Source: a virus
Lineage: Duplodnaviria; Caudoviricetes
Reading direction: 5' to 3' (one strand)
IMG/VR virus record: IMGVR_UViG_3300033412_000026
Coordinates: 1-46,178 of that record
Length of the DNA stretch: 46,178 nucleotides
Below the pieces are notes generated by a model. It saw nothing but the letters and a program-made list of their open reading frames with translations. It was not told the DNA's origin and did no database searches. Below, in pieces: positions 1 through 8,870 of this stretch. Position numbers and translations under genes: made by a program. Every line of letters starts with the position of its first letter. The stretch's first letter is position 1.

Positions 1-216
1 TTACTTGGCCATAGTCCCGCCACCACGGGTCATGCCCGTGTTGACGAGGATGTGCGTCTCCCACCCGATGGTAGGCGCAGGTGCCTGTGCACGGCTGTCG
101 CCGTGCGAGGTGGAAGTCATCGGCTGCCGGGTGTGAGGCTCCAGCATACGACCCTTCAGGGTCTTCCAGTCGCCCTCGGGTCCGTGGTTACCCCCGAACC
201 ATCCCTGCTCGCTCAT
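1..216 (-). CDS. Hypothetical 71-aa late protein (duplicate of 45930-46145)
   Basis: MSEQGWFGG start after AAGGAG RBS, ATGA overlap with upstream ORF. Confidence 0.75.
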   Translation of the reverse strand: MSEQGWFGGNHGPEGDWKTLKGRMLEPHTRQPMTSTSHGDSRAQAPAPTIGWETHILVNTGMTRGGGTMAK

Positions 217-249
217 GCCTTGCTCCTTGTAGTTCGCTTCGGAACGGTC
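1..249. repeat. Direct terminal repeat / circular overlap, left copy
   Basis: Matches 45930-46178 except C128 vs T46057. Confidence 0.95.
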
Positions 250-371
250 TTGACGACGGGCTGGTTGGCCGGGTCGTCCTTCTCCTTCTGCCCGCATGCG
301 GGACAGCGGATGCCATGTCGGTCCTTGTAGTCGTGGTACTCGGACCTCTTGCAGTACCAGCAAAGTGCCAT
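213..371 (-). CDS. Small zinc-finger protein (52 aa, CxxC...CxxC)
   Basis: Read manually: MALCWYCKRSEYHDYKDRHGIRCPACGQKEK...; TGATG overlap with portal stop and ATGA overlap with next gene. Confidence 0.75.
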   Translation of the reverse strand: MALCWYCKRSEYHDYKDRHGIRCPACGQKEKDDPANQPVVKTVPKRTTRSKA

Positions 372-2191
372 CAGATACCAGTCTGCCTCTGAGTTCGTGC
401 TGACATAGTTGCTTCGCCCTTACCGGTTAGACCGGCCAGGAGACTCATCATGTCGAATCCCTGTGGCTGACCAGCACCGCCTGGAGCGGTGCTTCCCTGT
501 GGCGCTCCGCCTCCGGGGCCACCTGGTGCCGCTGGGCCTCCACCACCCATAAGGGCGGCCAGCGGGTCCTGGGCCGCTGCTGCGGCCTGCTCCTTGGGCT
601 TGAACACCTTCAGTACAGCATCGTGCACCGAGGTGCCCTTCTCCCTCTCCTCGATCAGCTTGGCCGTCTTGGTGAGGGCGTCGACGGGATCGACCATACC
701 CTGCTGCGCCATCGGAAGGATAGCCTGCATGTATGCCATGATCCCCTGCTTGAGAGAGTCAGTGAACTGTTCGTTGTCGATCTGCGTCTGGAGCTGAACG
801 ACATCGAGATCCATCGGGAGCTGTCGCTGGACGAAGTCGCGTGAAACGAGCTGATCGCCACGAAGCTGGAGAAGTGCGACGATCGCACGTGCAGGGTCCT
901 GTCCCGCTGCGAACCCGAAGGTGACGTCCGTAGTGTAGGACCCCTTGATGTCACGCGAAGGCGAGTACGTCTCCTCGAAGGGCGTTCCCTGAACGACACC
1001 ACTGACTACCTTCTTCTCGCCGGGCCAGAACTTCTCATCCATCTCGAAGCATAGCTCAAGCGCCCTGGCCAGAGCTGCCGAGATGACAGACTGCCCAGTG
1101 GTGATGACGGTGTTGAAGCCACCCATCAGGGCCTGGACGCCCTTGCCGGTGATGATGCTCGCATCGATGTTGCCAGAGCGAACCTCCGGGGAGCGCATGG
1201 CCTGACGCGCCTCCATGTCCAGCATGCTGCCCTCCTGGAAGGCGTACTGCGGAACATCGAGAGCCACACGACGGACACCCTCTGGGTTGTCCGTCCTGAT
1301 GATTGCGTCATCTCCGAACGTCATCTTCTGGACGTCACGAGGGACGGCCAGCGGTGCACGCACAGACTTCTCAGTTGCCTCAAGGCCGAGCAGTGCCATG
1401 CGGGCCTTAGCGAGCTGAACCCAGATCGCATCGTCGAATGCACCACGGACCTCGTTGTCGAAGCCGGGGCGCTTGGCGATGGAGACGTAGACCTTGCCGA
1501 GAGGATTCGGCATCATGTCTACGATCTGGTTTCCGTGATTGGGGAGGAACATCGTGATCTGATCGCCGTCGCAGTACTTCACGACCTCGATCTCGCGGTG
1601 CTCCCACCCCATGGACTCCTGGCTACCAACCTCGTTGGACTGAAGTACGCGAAGAAGGTGTGGGAACTTCGCCACTAGGTTGATTGCCTCGTCACGCCAG
1701 ATCTTGCTGTAGCTGCGGACGCGTCCGTACAGGTCCAGCTCCGGGTAAACGCCCATCGGGTTCTCTACTCGGATCCTCGGCATCTTGGACTCGAAGTCCG
1801 GCTCGATCACGTAGATCGCCATGCCGAAGGTGTTGTAGTAGTCGCAGAAGGTGACCTGCGGACCGGAGTGAAGCTGACTGTGCTGCACGTAGGCATTGGC
1901 GATCTTGGTCCTCTTGCCAGAGAACTTCTTCGCCTTGTCAGTCGTTACCACTCCGGATGCGCAGTTGATCGACGGCATAGCGCCCATGACCTCAGCCATG
2001 TCTCGTGCTGCCGTATCGATCATGTTGGCCACGATAGGCTTGGGCCATGCGTCAGGCATGGCACCAGGCATCACCGTGTCAATGTCGCCAGAGCGAACAT
2101 CGTGGACATCGCGCTGACGCTGATCACGGTCAGCCGCTGCCCGACGCAGCGACTCCACCTTCTGCGCTACCTTGTCGATGGTCAGCGCCAT
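371..2191 (-). CDS. Portal protein (podovirus type)
   Basis: 606 aa, two genes after terminase; P22/T7-like portal length with low-complexity G/P/Q C-terminal tail. Confidence 0.85.
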   Translation of the reverse strand: MALTIDKVAQKVESLRRAAADRDQRQRDVHDVRSGDIDTVMPGAMPDAWPKPIVANMIDTAARDMAEVMGAMPSINCASGVVTTDKAKKFSGKRTKIANAYVQHSQLHSGPQVTFCDYYNTFGMAIYVIEPDFESKMPRIRVENPMGVYPELDLYGRVRSYSKIWRDEAINLVAKFPHLLRVLQSNEVGSQESMGWEHREIEVVKYCDGDQITMFLPNHGNQIVDMMPNPLGKVYVSIAKRPGFDNEVRGAFDDAIWVQLAKARMALLGLEATEKSVRAPLAVPRDVQKMTFGDDAIIRTDNPEGVRRVALDVPQYAFQEGSMLDMEARQAMRSPEVRSGNIDASIITGKGVQALMGGFNTVITTGQSVISAALARALELCFEMDEKFWPGEKKVVSGVVQGTPFEETYSPSRDIKGSYTTDVTFGFAAGQDPARAIVALLQLRGDQLVSRDFVQRQLPMDLDVVQLQTQIDNEQFTDSLKQGIMAYMQAILPMAQQGMVDPVDALTKTAKLIEEREKGTSVHDAVLKVFKPKEQAAAAAQDPLAALMGGGGPAAPGGPGGGAPQGSTAPGGAGQPQGFDMMSLLAGLTGKGEATMSARTQRQTGI

Positions 2192-2199
2192 GTCTCTCC

Positions 2200-3111
2200 T
2201 TACTTGGGCTTAGCTACCTTCAGCTTGTCCCAGCTCGACTTGCCGGGGTAGCCGTCAGCATCGCTGCCGGTGTAGCCCAGCTTCCTCTGCCACCAGGCAT
2301 ACGCCTTGATGTCAGCCCTGGTGAACTCGGGGCCAGGTCCCTGCTTGTATCCCTTGTATCCCGCCCTGACGAGGGCCTTGCCCATCTCAGTGATCAGCGG
2401 GTGCTTCTTACCCAGACGGAAGAAACCGACGCCCGGGAAAGGGGCGTACACCGGCTTCGGCTTGGGTGGCTGCTTCGGAGGGGTAACACCGCCGTCCAGG
2501 ACCTTCTGCACGCGAGTGCGGAAGTCCTTCATGTCGATGCCGCGCGGATCCGACTTCCAGTCGCTCCACTCCTTGTGAGCGATGACGCTCTTGGCCTTCC
2601 AGCCGAAGTGACGGCAGATCGCAGCCGAAGCCTTGACCATCGCCTCCACCTGAGCCGCAGGCCACGGGTCATCGCCGTCTCCGAGGTTGATGCACTCGAA
2701 GCCGTAGAAGACGTCGTTGCCGTCCACTGCACCAGCACTGCCCTCGTGATACTGAGAGGCGGGCGGGTAGTCGCCGTAGCTCTCGGACTCCACTGCGTCG
2801 AGGACGTTCGGGTCACCGCCGCCAGCGTGGTTCGCACGCCCCTTGGAGATGAGGTAGACGGTTCCGTCCTTGGCGATGACGCCGTGGCAGAGCGGGCCAG
2901 GCAGGGCCGCGTAGCCGTCGTAGCAGATGTCCACGCTGTTCTGCGTACCGCTGGTCACGGTGTGGTGGATCAGCACACCCTTGACTGGACCGAACGCCTT
3001 GCCGGTCTCATCGTCGCGCTCGTGGTTCTCCCAGTCGCGAACCTCGACTACCTTCACCCCCTCGTCCTTCAGGGCCTTGACGAGCTGTGCAGCCGTCATG
3101 GGAGTTGCCAT
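2200..3111 (-). CDS. Endolysin, N-acetylmuramoyl-L-alanine amidase with C-terminal peptidoglycan-binding domain
   Basis: VLIHHT, ANHAG, GFEC, IAHKE, KSDP amidase_2 motifs; Pro/Lys linker; WQRKLGY..ADGYPG..SW binding domain. Confidence 0.92.
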   Translation of the reverse strand: MATPMTAAQLVKALKDEGVKVVEVRDWENHERDDETGKAFGPVKGVLIHHTVTSGTQNSVDICYDGYAALPGPLCHGVIAKDGTVYLISKGRANHAGGGDPNVLDAVESESYGDYPPASQYHEGSAGAVDGNDVFYGFECINLGDGDDPWPAAQVEAMVKASAAICRHFGWKAKSVIAHKEWSDWKSDPRGIDMKDFRTRVQKVLDGGVTPPKQPPKPKPVYAPFPGVGFFRLGKKHPLITEMGKALVRAGYKGYKQGPGPEFTRADIKAYAWWQRKLGYTGSDADGYPGKSSWDKLKVAKPK

Positions 3112-5093
3112 TAGTTACCCCACCAACTTCCTGATCCTTGTGACATGTCTGCCTGGGCCATGTAGTCCAGGTCGATCGTGATAGAGCGCTCGCGGTCGCG
3201 GGGGCTCTGGTACTCGTTGGCTACGTGGAACACGTTGTCCACCTCGCCGACCAGCTCTCGTGCGCGGATCTCCGCGAACCAGAGGGCCATGACTGTGTCT
3301 GTCTTCTTCTTGGTCTTGACGCCCGGAGGCAGAGGCTCCCAGGTGGTCAGCTGCTCGATCAGCATCTTGACGCCCTCCCCGCCAGAGCGGGAGGGCAGGT
3401 GGATCAGGTTCTCTCCACGCTCGTGCCCCTCGAACAGGACAGACATGGAGGCGACGCCGAAGTCAGCATCCCACTTGTTGGAGCCGGTGAAGTGCTCACG
3501 GAGCAGGCATCCACGAGAGCCGAGGAACTGCTTGATGTCCCGGTTCTGGGTCACCATGAGGTTCATCGCGTTCTTCTCGATGCGCCACTCGTTGATGCCG
3601 TACTTGACCGTCAGTTCCTTGATCTTGTCGAAGATGTCGTCCGGCTTCAGGTTGCCCTTCGACCAGACCTCCAGTACCCAGCGGTGGCCGGAGTAGCGAT
3701 CCACTCCCATCACGACTGCGGCACTGTGCCCAGTCATGGCGGGGTCGAAGCCTCCGACGATGTACAGGCCATCCATGCCGTTGGGCCTGTGTCCGGGAGC
3801 ACCCTTCGACATGACGCCAGCGGCTCGCATTCCATCCACGCATCCGGTTACCGCCTTCACGGGGAAGATGGCATCCTCGATCACGGACTCCTGCATGTAG
3901 ACCAGAGCCCAGTTCCTCGGGTTCATGGATGCGCGGCGCTTCTTGAGCGCCTCGCCCGTCCACATCGGCCAGGTGCCGTCCTCGTACTGCTGGACTAGCT
4001 GCCGTCCCGCCACAGAAACAGGCGGACGGTTAGTGCGAGGCCAAAGCGTCTTCCAGTCCGCTGGATCCTCGGCAAACTCAAGGACCGCAGGCTGAGTGAG
4101 GTACGTCCATGGAGAAGCCTCCTCACCATAGTAGTCATCCTTGATGATCTCACCGTATAGATCGACAGGTGCCAGCCGTGTACCCACGAGTAGAATCCGA
4201 CCTCCAGGGTAAGACAGTCGGTTGTAGACCTCTCGCTGGAGCCAGTCCATCTGCTTCTCATACTCATGGGCGTTCTTTCCGGTTACGCAGTCATCGAGGA
4301 TGATGAGGTCTGCGCGGGACCCGTAGATGTGACCACCGATACCCAGGGCCTGGACGGTGGGGTCCTTCTCACCAGAGTCACGCGTGCTGGAGCTGACGTA
4401 GATGGAGTCGGCGGTCCATGCCGCCGCTCCTGCGTCGAAGCCGCCCTCTGGACCGAAGTCGATCTGGAGCTTCTGGTAGTTCTTGTTCTCCGAGGCCAGT
4501 CGGTCCTTGATACCACGAAGGAACCTCTTGGCCATCTCCTGAGTCTGGGAGACGATGATGACACGGATGTTCGGGTCCTGGCAGATCCGGTACGTCACGT
4601 AGTTCATCGTGATGGTCGTACTCTTGGCGTGCTCAGGGGGGGTGTTGATCAGCAGGAACTCGGGCTCACCAGGGATGTACGTCTGGTTCGGGTGGAGGTT
4701 CCTTGGCTCCCGACCCTCAAGCACGTCCACCCACTGTAGGTGGTGGTTGAACAGCTCGGTGTCCAGGTACTCCTTGCACCAGTCCGGGAAGGGGAGGATG
4801 TTCTTCCTGTTCTCCTCCGCTCCACTGGCGTTCTGCGTCATGAGACGCAGACGATCCATCTCATCCCTGAAGGCGGCGTCACTCTGTCGTAGGTACTTGT
4901 ACTGGGCCTCCGTGAGGCCCATGTCCAGACAAGCCTCCTTGATGGACTTGCCATTCTTGACGTACTTGATGAAGGTCTCCTTGCGGACCTTCGTGTCAGA
5001 CTTGGCTGCCTTGACCGACTTGCTCCTTGGCTTGGCAGTACGAGGGGGAGTCTTCAGCTGACGTCCGTCCTCCGTCACGTAGACCTTCGCCAT
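3111..5093 (-). CDS. terL: Terminase large subunit with N-terminal HTH extension
   Basis: Walker A-like PPEHAKST, Walker B GSRADLIILDD, coupling motif VGT, nuclease GFDPA and DTVMA. Confidence 0.93.
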   Translation of the reverse strand: MAKVYVTEDGRQLKTPPRTAKPRSKSVKAAKSDTKVRKETFIKYVKNGKSIKEACLDMGLTEAQYKYLRQSDAAFRDEMDRLRLMTQNASGAEENRKNILPFPDWCKEYLDTELFNHHLQWVDVLEGREPRNLHPNQTYIPGEPEFLLINTPPEHAKSTTITMNYVTYRICQDPNIRVIIVSQTQEMAKRFLRGIKDRLASENKNYQKLQIDFGPEGGFDAGAAAWTADSIYVSSSTRDSGEKDPTVQALGIGGHIYGSRADLIILDDCVTGKNAHEYEKQMDWLQREVYNRLSYPGGRILLVGTRLAPVDLYGEIIKDDYYGEEASPWTYLTQPAVLEFAEDPADWKTLWPRTNRPPVSVAGRQLVQQYEDGTWPMWTGEALKKRRASMNPRNWALVYMQESVIEDAIFPVKAVTGCVDGMRAAGVMSKGAPGHRPNGMDGLYIVGGFDPAMTGHSAAVVMGVDRYSGHRWVLEVWSKGNLKPDDIFDKIKELTVKYGINEWRIEKNAMNLMVTQNRDIKQFLGSRGCLLREHFTGSNKWDADFGVASMSVLFEGHERGENLIHLPSRSGGEGVKMLIEQLTTWEPLPPGVKTKKKTDTVMALWFAEIRARELVGEVDNVFHVANEYQSPRDRERSITIDLDYMAQADMSQGSGSWWGN

Positions 5094-5151
5094 GCTCTGT
5101 CTCTACCCCTCTATCTATGCAACTCAAGCGCCGTGCGGCTTAAAAGATGAC

Positions 5152-5178
5152 GGGGTCCGCCTTTAGGGCGGAACCCCT
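5152..5178 (-). promoter_or_regulatory. GC-rich hairpin in terminase leader
   Basis: GGGGTCCGCC-TTTAG-GGCGGAACCCC inverted repeat. Confidence 0.45.
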
Positions 5179-5320
5179 TGGTCGGAGGAATGATCCCGAG
5201 GTACGAGGGCATCTCCCTAACTAGGTTAAACCTGGTTCAGCAAGAGGCCCAGCCGCTAGGGCGGCTGGACCTGCTCACCGTCAGCAGGGGGTCTAGCTCG
5301 TCTCCTCTGTGCCTCACGAT

Positions 5321-5445
5321 CTACCCCAGTATATATATACCCGTCTTTTGCGTCCTGGAGGACAGGGGTAACCGTGTGATCTGAGTCACGCCCCTACAGC
5401 CCTTGGTACGCCTGGCCTCTGACGTCCTGTGTGACGGAGGTCACA
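5321..5445 (-). promoter_or_regulatory. Candidate late promoter with two Crp-family boxes
   Basis: -10 TATACT (5333-5328); TGTGA-N6-TCACG 5375-5390; perfect TGTGA-N6-TCACA 5430-5445. Confidence 0.55.
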
Positions 5446-5541
5446 TGTATTTATGGTGGAAATTTATGGGGACTCACTCCCCCATGATCATCTCCCGTTA
5501 ACAACCCCCGGGTGACTTATCACGACATGGCAGGGCAAACC

Positions 5542-5586
5542 GGACATCGGACATCGTGGGACATGGTAGGACATGGTGGGACATGG
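5542..5586. repeat. GGACAT direct-repeat array, 10-bp phased
   Basis: GGACAT at 5542, 5549, 5559, 5569, 5579. Confidence 0.8.
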
Positions 5587-6229
5587 GTGGAGCGCCCAGG
5601 CTTGGCGTGGTGCGGGTCGGTGTGTGGTCATGTGTATAGATATGTGCCCTCTTGTGTACATATGTGCGCCCATATGTCCAGATTGTGCACGATGTGGTGC
5701 GATGTACACGCTCAGATGAGCGGGGGACTGTCCACATGAGCAGCCCTACGCGTGCGCGTGTGTTCCATCTACCCCTACGTACGAGCGCTCACATGAGCAG
5801 GGCAGGCGCTCACATGTGCAGGTTTGCTGGCAAACAGCGAATCGAGGGGTGGACAAACTGGACATCAAGGCATCTTCTAGCCCAGTTCTGTAGCAACTTC
5901 TGTAGCAGGGTGTCCGTTTCGCCCCACTGTGCACCAATCATCCTGCTTCATCCTCCGTCCTGCCTGTGACCAGGCAGTCTCACCTACTGATACGGACAAA
6001 TCGGGACATACCTAGTTTGCCGGCCGGTTTGCACATGCACATCTCATGATCAAACTTGCGATGATCATGCCTCTGACCTGCAATGCTTGACCGACCTACC
6101 TGCAAAGCCCCAATGTTCTCGGTGTCAGCACGGCACGCAGCAACCAGGCGAGCCGGGTAGCCCACAAGGGCAAGCGACTTGATCAACTCAACAGCGTGCG
6201 TCAGTCTCTAAGAGGGCTAGTTCTGCCTC

Positions 6230-6258
6230 TTGACAGATTCCCTGTCACCTGAGATTGT
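6230..6258 (+). promoter_or_regulatory. Early promoter P1 (host principal-sigma type)
   Basis: TTGACA-17bp-GATTGT with extended TGn. Confidence 0.6.
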
Positions 6259-6371
6259 CTCTCTAGCAACCCGTGAGCACGACCGACGGGAAGCGCCAGT
6301 CACCCCTAGCGGGCTAAAACACGGTGCCACTTAGGTCAACATGCTCACAAGCGGGAAGCGAAACGAGGGAC

Positions 6372-6400
6372 TTGACAAGGTCGACGCGATCTGAAAGAGT
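6372..6400 (+). promoter_or_regulatory. Early promoter P2 (host principal-sigma type)
   Basis: TTGACA-17bp-AAGAGT with extended TGn; shares CTGA.A..GTCT with P1. Confidence 0.65.
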
Positions 6401-6407
6401 CTGACTC

Positions 6408-6890
6408 ACGCCGAACGAGGGCAATCGACTCGCTCGACACGCTTTACAAGGATGCGCCCGGAGGTAGCCGGGGGTGACCACAGGCACATGCTGTCTCACG
6501 CTTCCATAGGTGAGTGTGTCTCCGCACGGTGAACGTGCGGCACCCAAGGTCAAAGGCAGCGCTCGTTGCTTGTGAACTAAATACTGTGAAGACCTAGTGA
6601 ACATACCTAGGCCGTGCTTACTCGCAAACCGTTGCGGACCGGAGTGGTTAACCTGCTCTGGACGACGGGTGATCTGCGCCACTGACCGGGAACCTGCCGG
6701 AGGTCAGCGCAGACACGCCAGAGTGATGGTGAGTGGCACGCTCTCTTCCCCCCTTGTTGAGGGGCTTGGTAGTCAGGAATGCCGCCTGTACGGGGCGTGA
6801 ATGGTTGCTGTAGCCCCTCGGGGAGCCGCTTGGGCACGAGAGTGCCCAGCGGTTGTCCGGGAGCCGTACGATCGAATCTGCGGCCCTTAA
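6408..6890 (+). ncRNA. Putative large structured RNA / long early leader
   Basis: No credible CDS; many nested helices, including a multi-way junction at 6613-6740 and a GAGA-tetraloop hairpin at ~6824-6854. Confidence 0.45.
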
Positions 6891-6905
6891 CGCAAGGGAG
6901 AGAGA

Positions 6906-7160
6906 ATGTACTCTGGGATCGCATACGCTGTCACCTGTCACGATGGCAGGGGCAACGCGGTCAAGCCGGAGCAGGCGCAACTGGACGATCTTGACCAGGT
7001 GTTTCTGCCACTCTCCGACTTCATCGAGTGGACCGAGCTGGACGCCCTCATGGACGACTGCTTGGACCGCATGTACGATGCCCACTACGCCCAGGACGCT
7101 GATGAGCCTGGTCTGACGTGGGAAGTCCGCGCTTACGCCCTGCTGAAGGTGATCGCATGA
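6906..7160 (+). CDS. Hypothetical acidic early protein
   Basis: AAGGGAGAGAG leader, GC3-biased codons. Confidence 0.75.
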   Translation: MYSGIAYAVTCHDGRGNAVKPEQAQLDDLDQVFLPLSDFIEWTELDALMDDCLDRMYDAHYAQDADEPGLTWEVRAYALLKVIA

Positions 7161-7390
7161 TGCCGACATACACCGTGATCTTGCTGGTCGATGGCCAGAA
7201 GGTCGGTGGACAGAGTGACGCCACCTACAAGCAGGTCTTGGACCTGGTGCACGATGAGCACGGACCGGACGTTGTGTTCGATCTCCGACTCACTCGGTAC
7301 GGGTACGCCATGAAGCACGAGAGCTACAAGGTGTTCCCCACGGACCAGCGGGAGACCGCTTCCACTCTGGTGGCGTACCGGAACCAGTGA
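7157..7390 (+). CDS. Hypothetical early protein
   Basis: ATGA overlap with upstream gene. Confidence 0.7.
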   Translation: MMPTYTVILLVDGQKVGGQSDATYKQVLDLVHDEHGPDVVFDLRLTRYGYAMKHESYKVFPTDQRETASTLVAYRNQ

Positions 7391-7465
7391 CCAGCGTGAG
7401 CCGGTCCGTCCCGAAGGGGACGGCCGGTTGACTCGGCATCACTGCCGTGACAAGGGAGAGAGACC

Positions 7466-7879
7466 TTGAAGAACGCGATTGAGTTCAATGAGGCGTTCAT
7501 GGGAGCCGGTGACCCGCTGAAGGGTTCCCGTATCCCTGGGTTCGGAGCGGGCAACCGCACTCCGCAGACCAGCCGGGTACACGTTCGCCGCGCCAAGGGT
7601 GCGGTGGTGCACACGGTCAAGTGCCAGCAGTCCGGCCGCAAGGCTTGTGAGTGCAGGGCCGGTCGTAAGGGTCTGTCCCGCTCCGCAGTGGTCGTGATCC
7701 GTCTCGACCCGCGAACCTACGAAGTCCGCGTCAAGGGCACTCGTGCCCTGGTGGGCATGATCCGAGCGGTCAAGGGTGCTGGTGGCAAGGCTTACAGCTA
7801 CCAGATCCCCGGAGACAAGGCCCACAAGGGCTTCGGATCCCAGCGTGCCGCTGTTCTCCGGATGCTGGAGAAGGTGTGA
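7466..7879 (+). CDS. Basic hypothetical early protein
   Basis: TTG start after AAGGGAGAGAG; K/R-rich with Cys cluster. Confidence 0.75.
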   Translation: MKNAIEFNEAFMGAGDPLKGSRIPGFGAGNRTPQTSRVHVRRAKGAVVHTVKCQQSGRKACECRAGRKGLSRSAVVVIRLDPRTYEVRVKGTRALVGMIRAVKGAGGKAYSYQIPGDKAHKGFGSQRAAVLRMLEKV

Positions 7880-7880
7880 C

Positions 7881-7967
7881 ATGGACAAGGGTTCAGCCGT
7901 AGCAATCCTCATCATCGCCGTGATCCTGATTCTCGCCGGTTCTGCCGGTGGGAGCAATGATCGCTGA
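7881..7967 (+). CDS. Small membrane peptide (28 aa)
   Basis: MDKGSAVAILIIAVILILAG hydrophobic stretch; GGAGAAGG RBS. Confidence 0.55.
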   Translation: MDKGSAVAILIIAVILILAGSAGGSNDR

Positions 7968-8069
7968 CCAGGGAGTGTGATCCACAATCTCATTCATCGG
8001 CGTCTCGTACGTCGGTGGGTGTGTGCCATGGATCATAAGGAACCATGCACAACACAAGGGGAGAGAACA

Positions 8070-8768
8070 ATGACTGACTACGCCGCCAAGGTTGCTGCCG
8101 GGATCAAGTTCCTCGACAGCAAGGCCGCGTCCGGCAAGATCTCCGCCAACTGGCGGGACAAGGTCAAGCTGGACAGCCTCGACCTCGGCTCGTGCGACGT
8201 CTGCGTGCTCGGCCAGCTGTTCGGGTCCTACTCGGACGGCCAGTACGAGCTGGGTCTGGACACGTACGACTCCAAGTCGTTCGGGTTCAACACCGACTAC
8301 TCCTTCGGGGAGCTGACGCAGGCGTGGAAGGACGCGCTCGGCAAGAGCGGCGTCCTGGTCGAGAAGGGTGACATCTACAAGGACCGGTACGGCTACTCCG
8401 TCAAGGTCCTGAGCACCACGCTCGTCACCCTCGACAACGAGACCATCACCACGTACATCGTCCAGACGGGCGAGATCAAGGGTGGTGTGTTCAAGGCGTA
8501 CGACGAGAAGTCCGTCACGATCCTTCGCAAGAAGGACTTCGAGACGACCTTCACCACGAAGGTGGAGAAGTTCGTGCCCAAGAAGGGCATGTTCGTCACC
8601 ACCGCGTCCGGGAAGAACTACTACATGATCTCGGACGACGAGCTGCGCGAGCTGAAGGACGGCGCGTACTCGCAGTGGCTGATCGACCTCTCCGCCTCCG
8701 AGCGTAGCTCGATGCGTGAGATGGTGACCGGCGTCGGCAAGAAGTTCTCCGAGACGATCGTCAAGTAG
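8070..8768 (+). CDS. Hypothetical early protein with repeated beta-barrel-like modules
   Basis: AAGGGGAGAGA leader; VEKGDIYKD and PKKGMFV motifs. Confidence 0.85.
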   Translation: MTDYAAKVAAGIKFLDSKAASGKISANWRDKVKLDSLDLGSCDVCVLGQLFGSYSDGQYELGLDTYDSKSFGFNTDYSFGELTQAWKDALGKSGVLVEKGDIYKDRYGYSVKVLSTTLVTLDNETITTYIVQTGEIKGGVFKAYDEKSVTILRKKDFETTFTTKVEKFVPKKGMFVTTASGKNYYMISDDELRELKDGAYSQWLIDLSASERSSMREMVTGVGKKFSETIVK

Positions 8769-8870
8769 GCGATCACATCGCGGTGAGTCGCGAGGGTTGT
8801 GCAGGGTCTTCGGCCCCTGCACTTCCTGCATGACTCACAACGAGCATGCAACACCCAAGGGGAGAGAACA

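Noticed and set aside
1-363. 120-aa ORF from the track
   Set aside because: Better explained by two coupled genes, 213-371 and 1-216, in different frames
5178-6900. Short ORFs in the divergent intergenic region
   Set aside because: No RBS, poor GC3 bias, repeat-derived sequences
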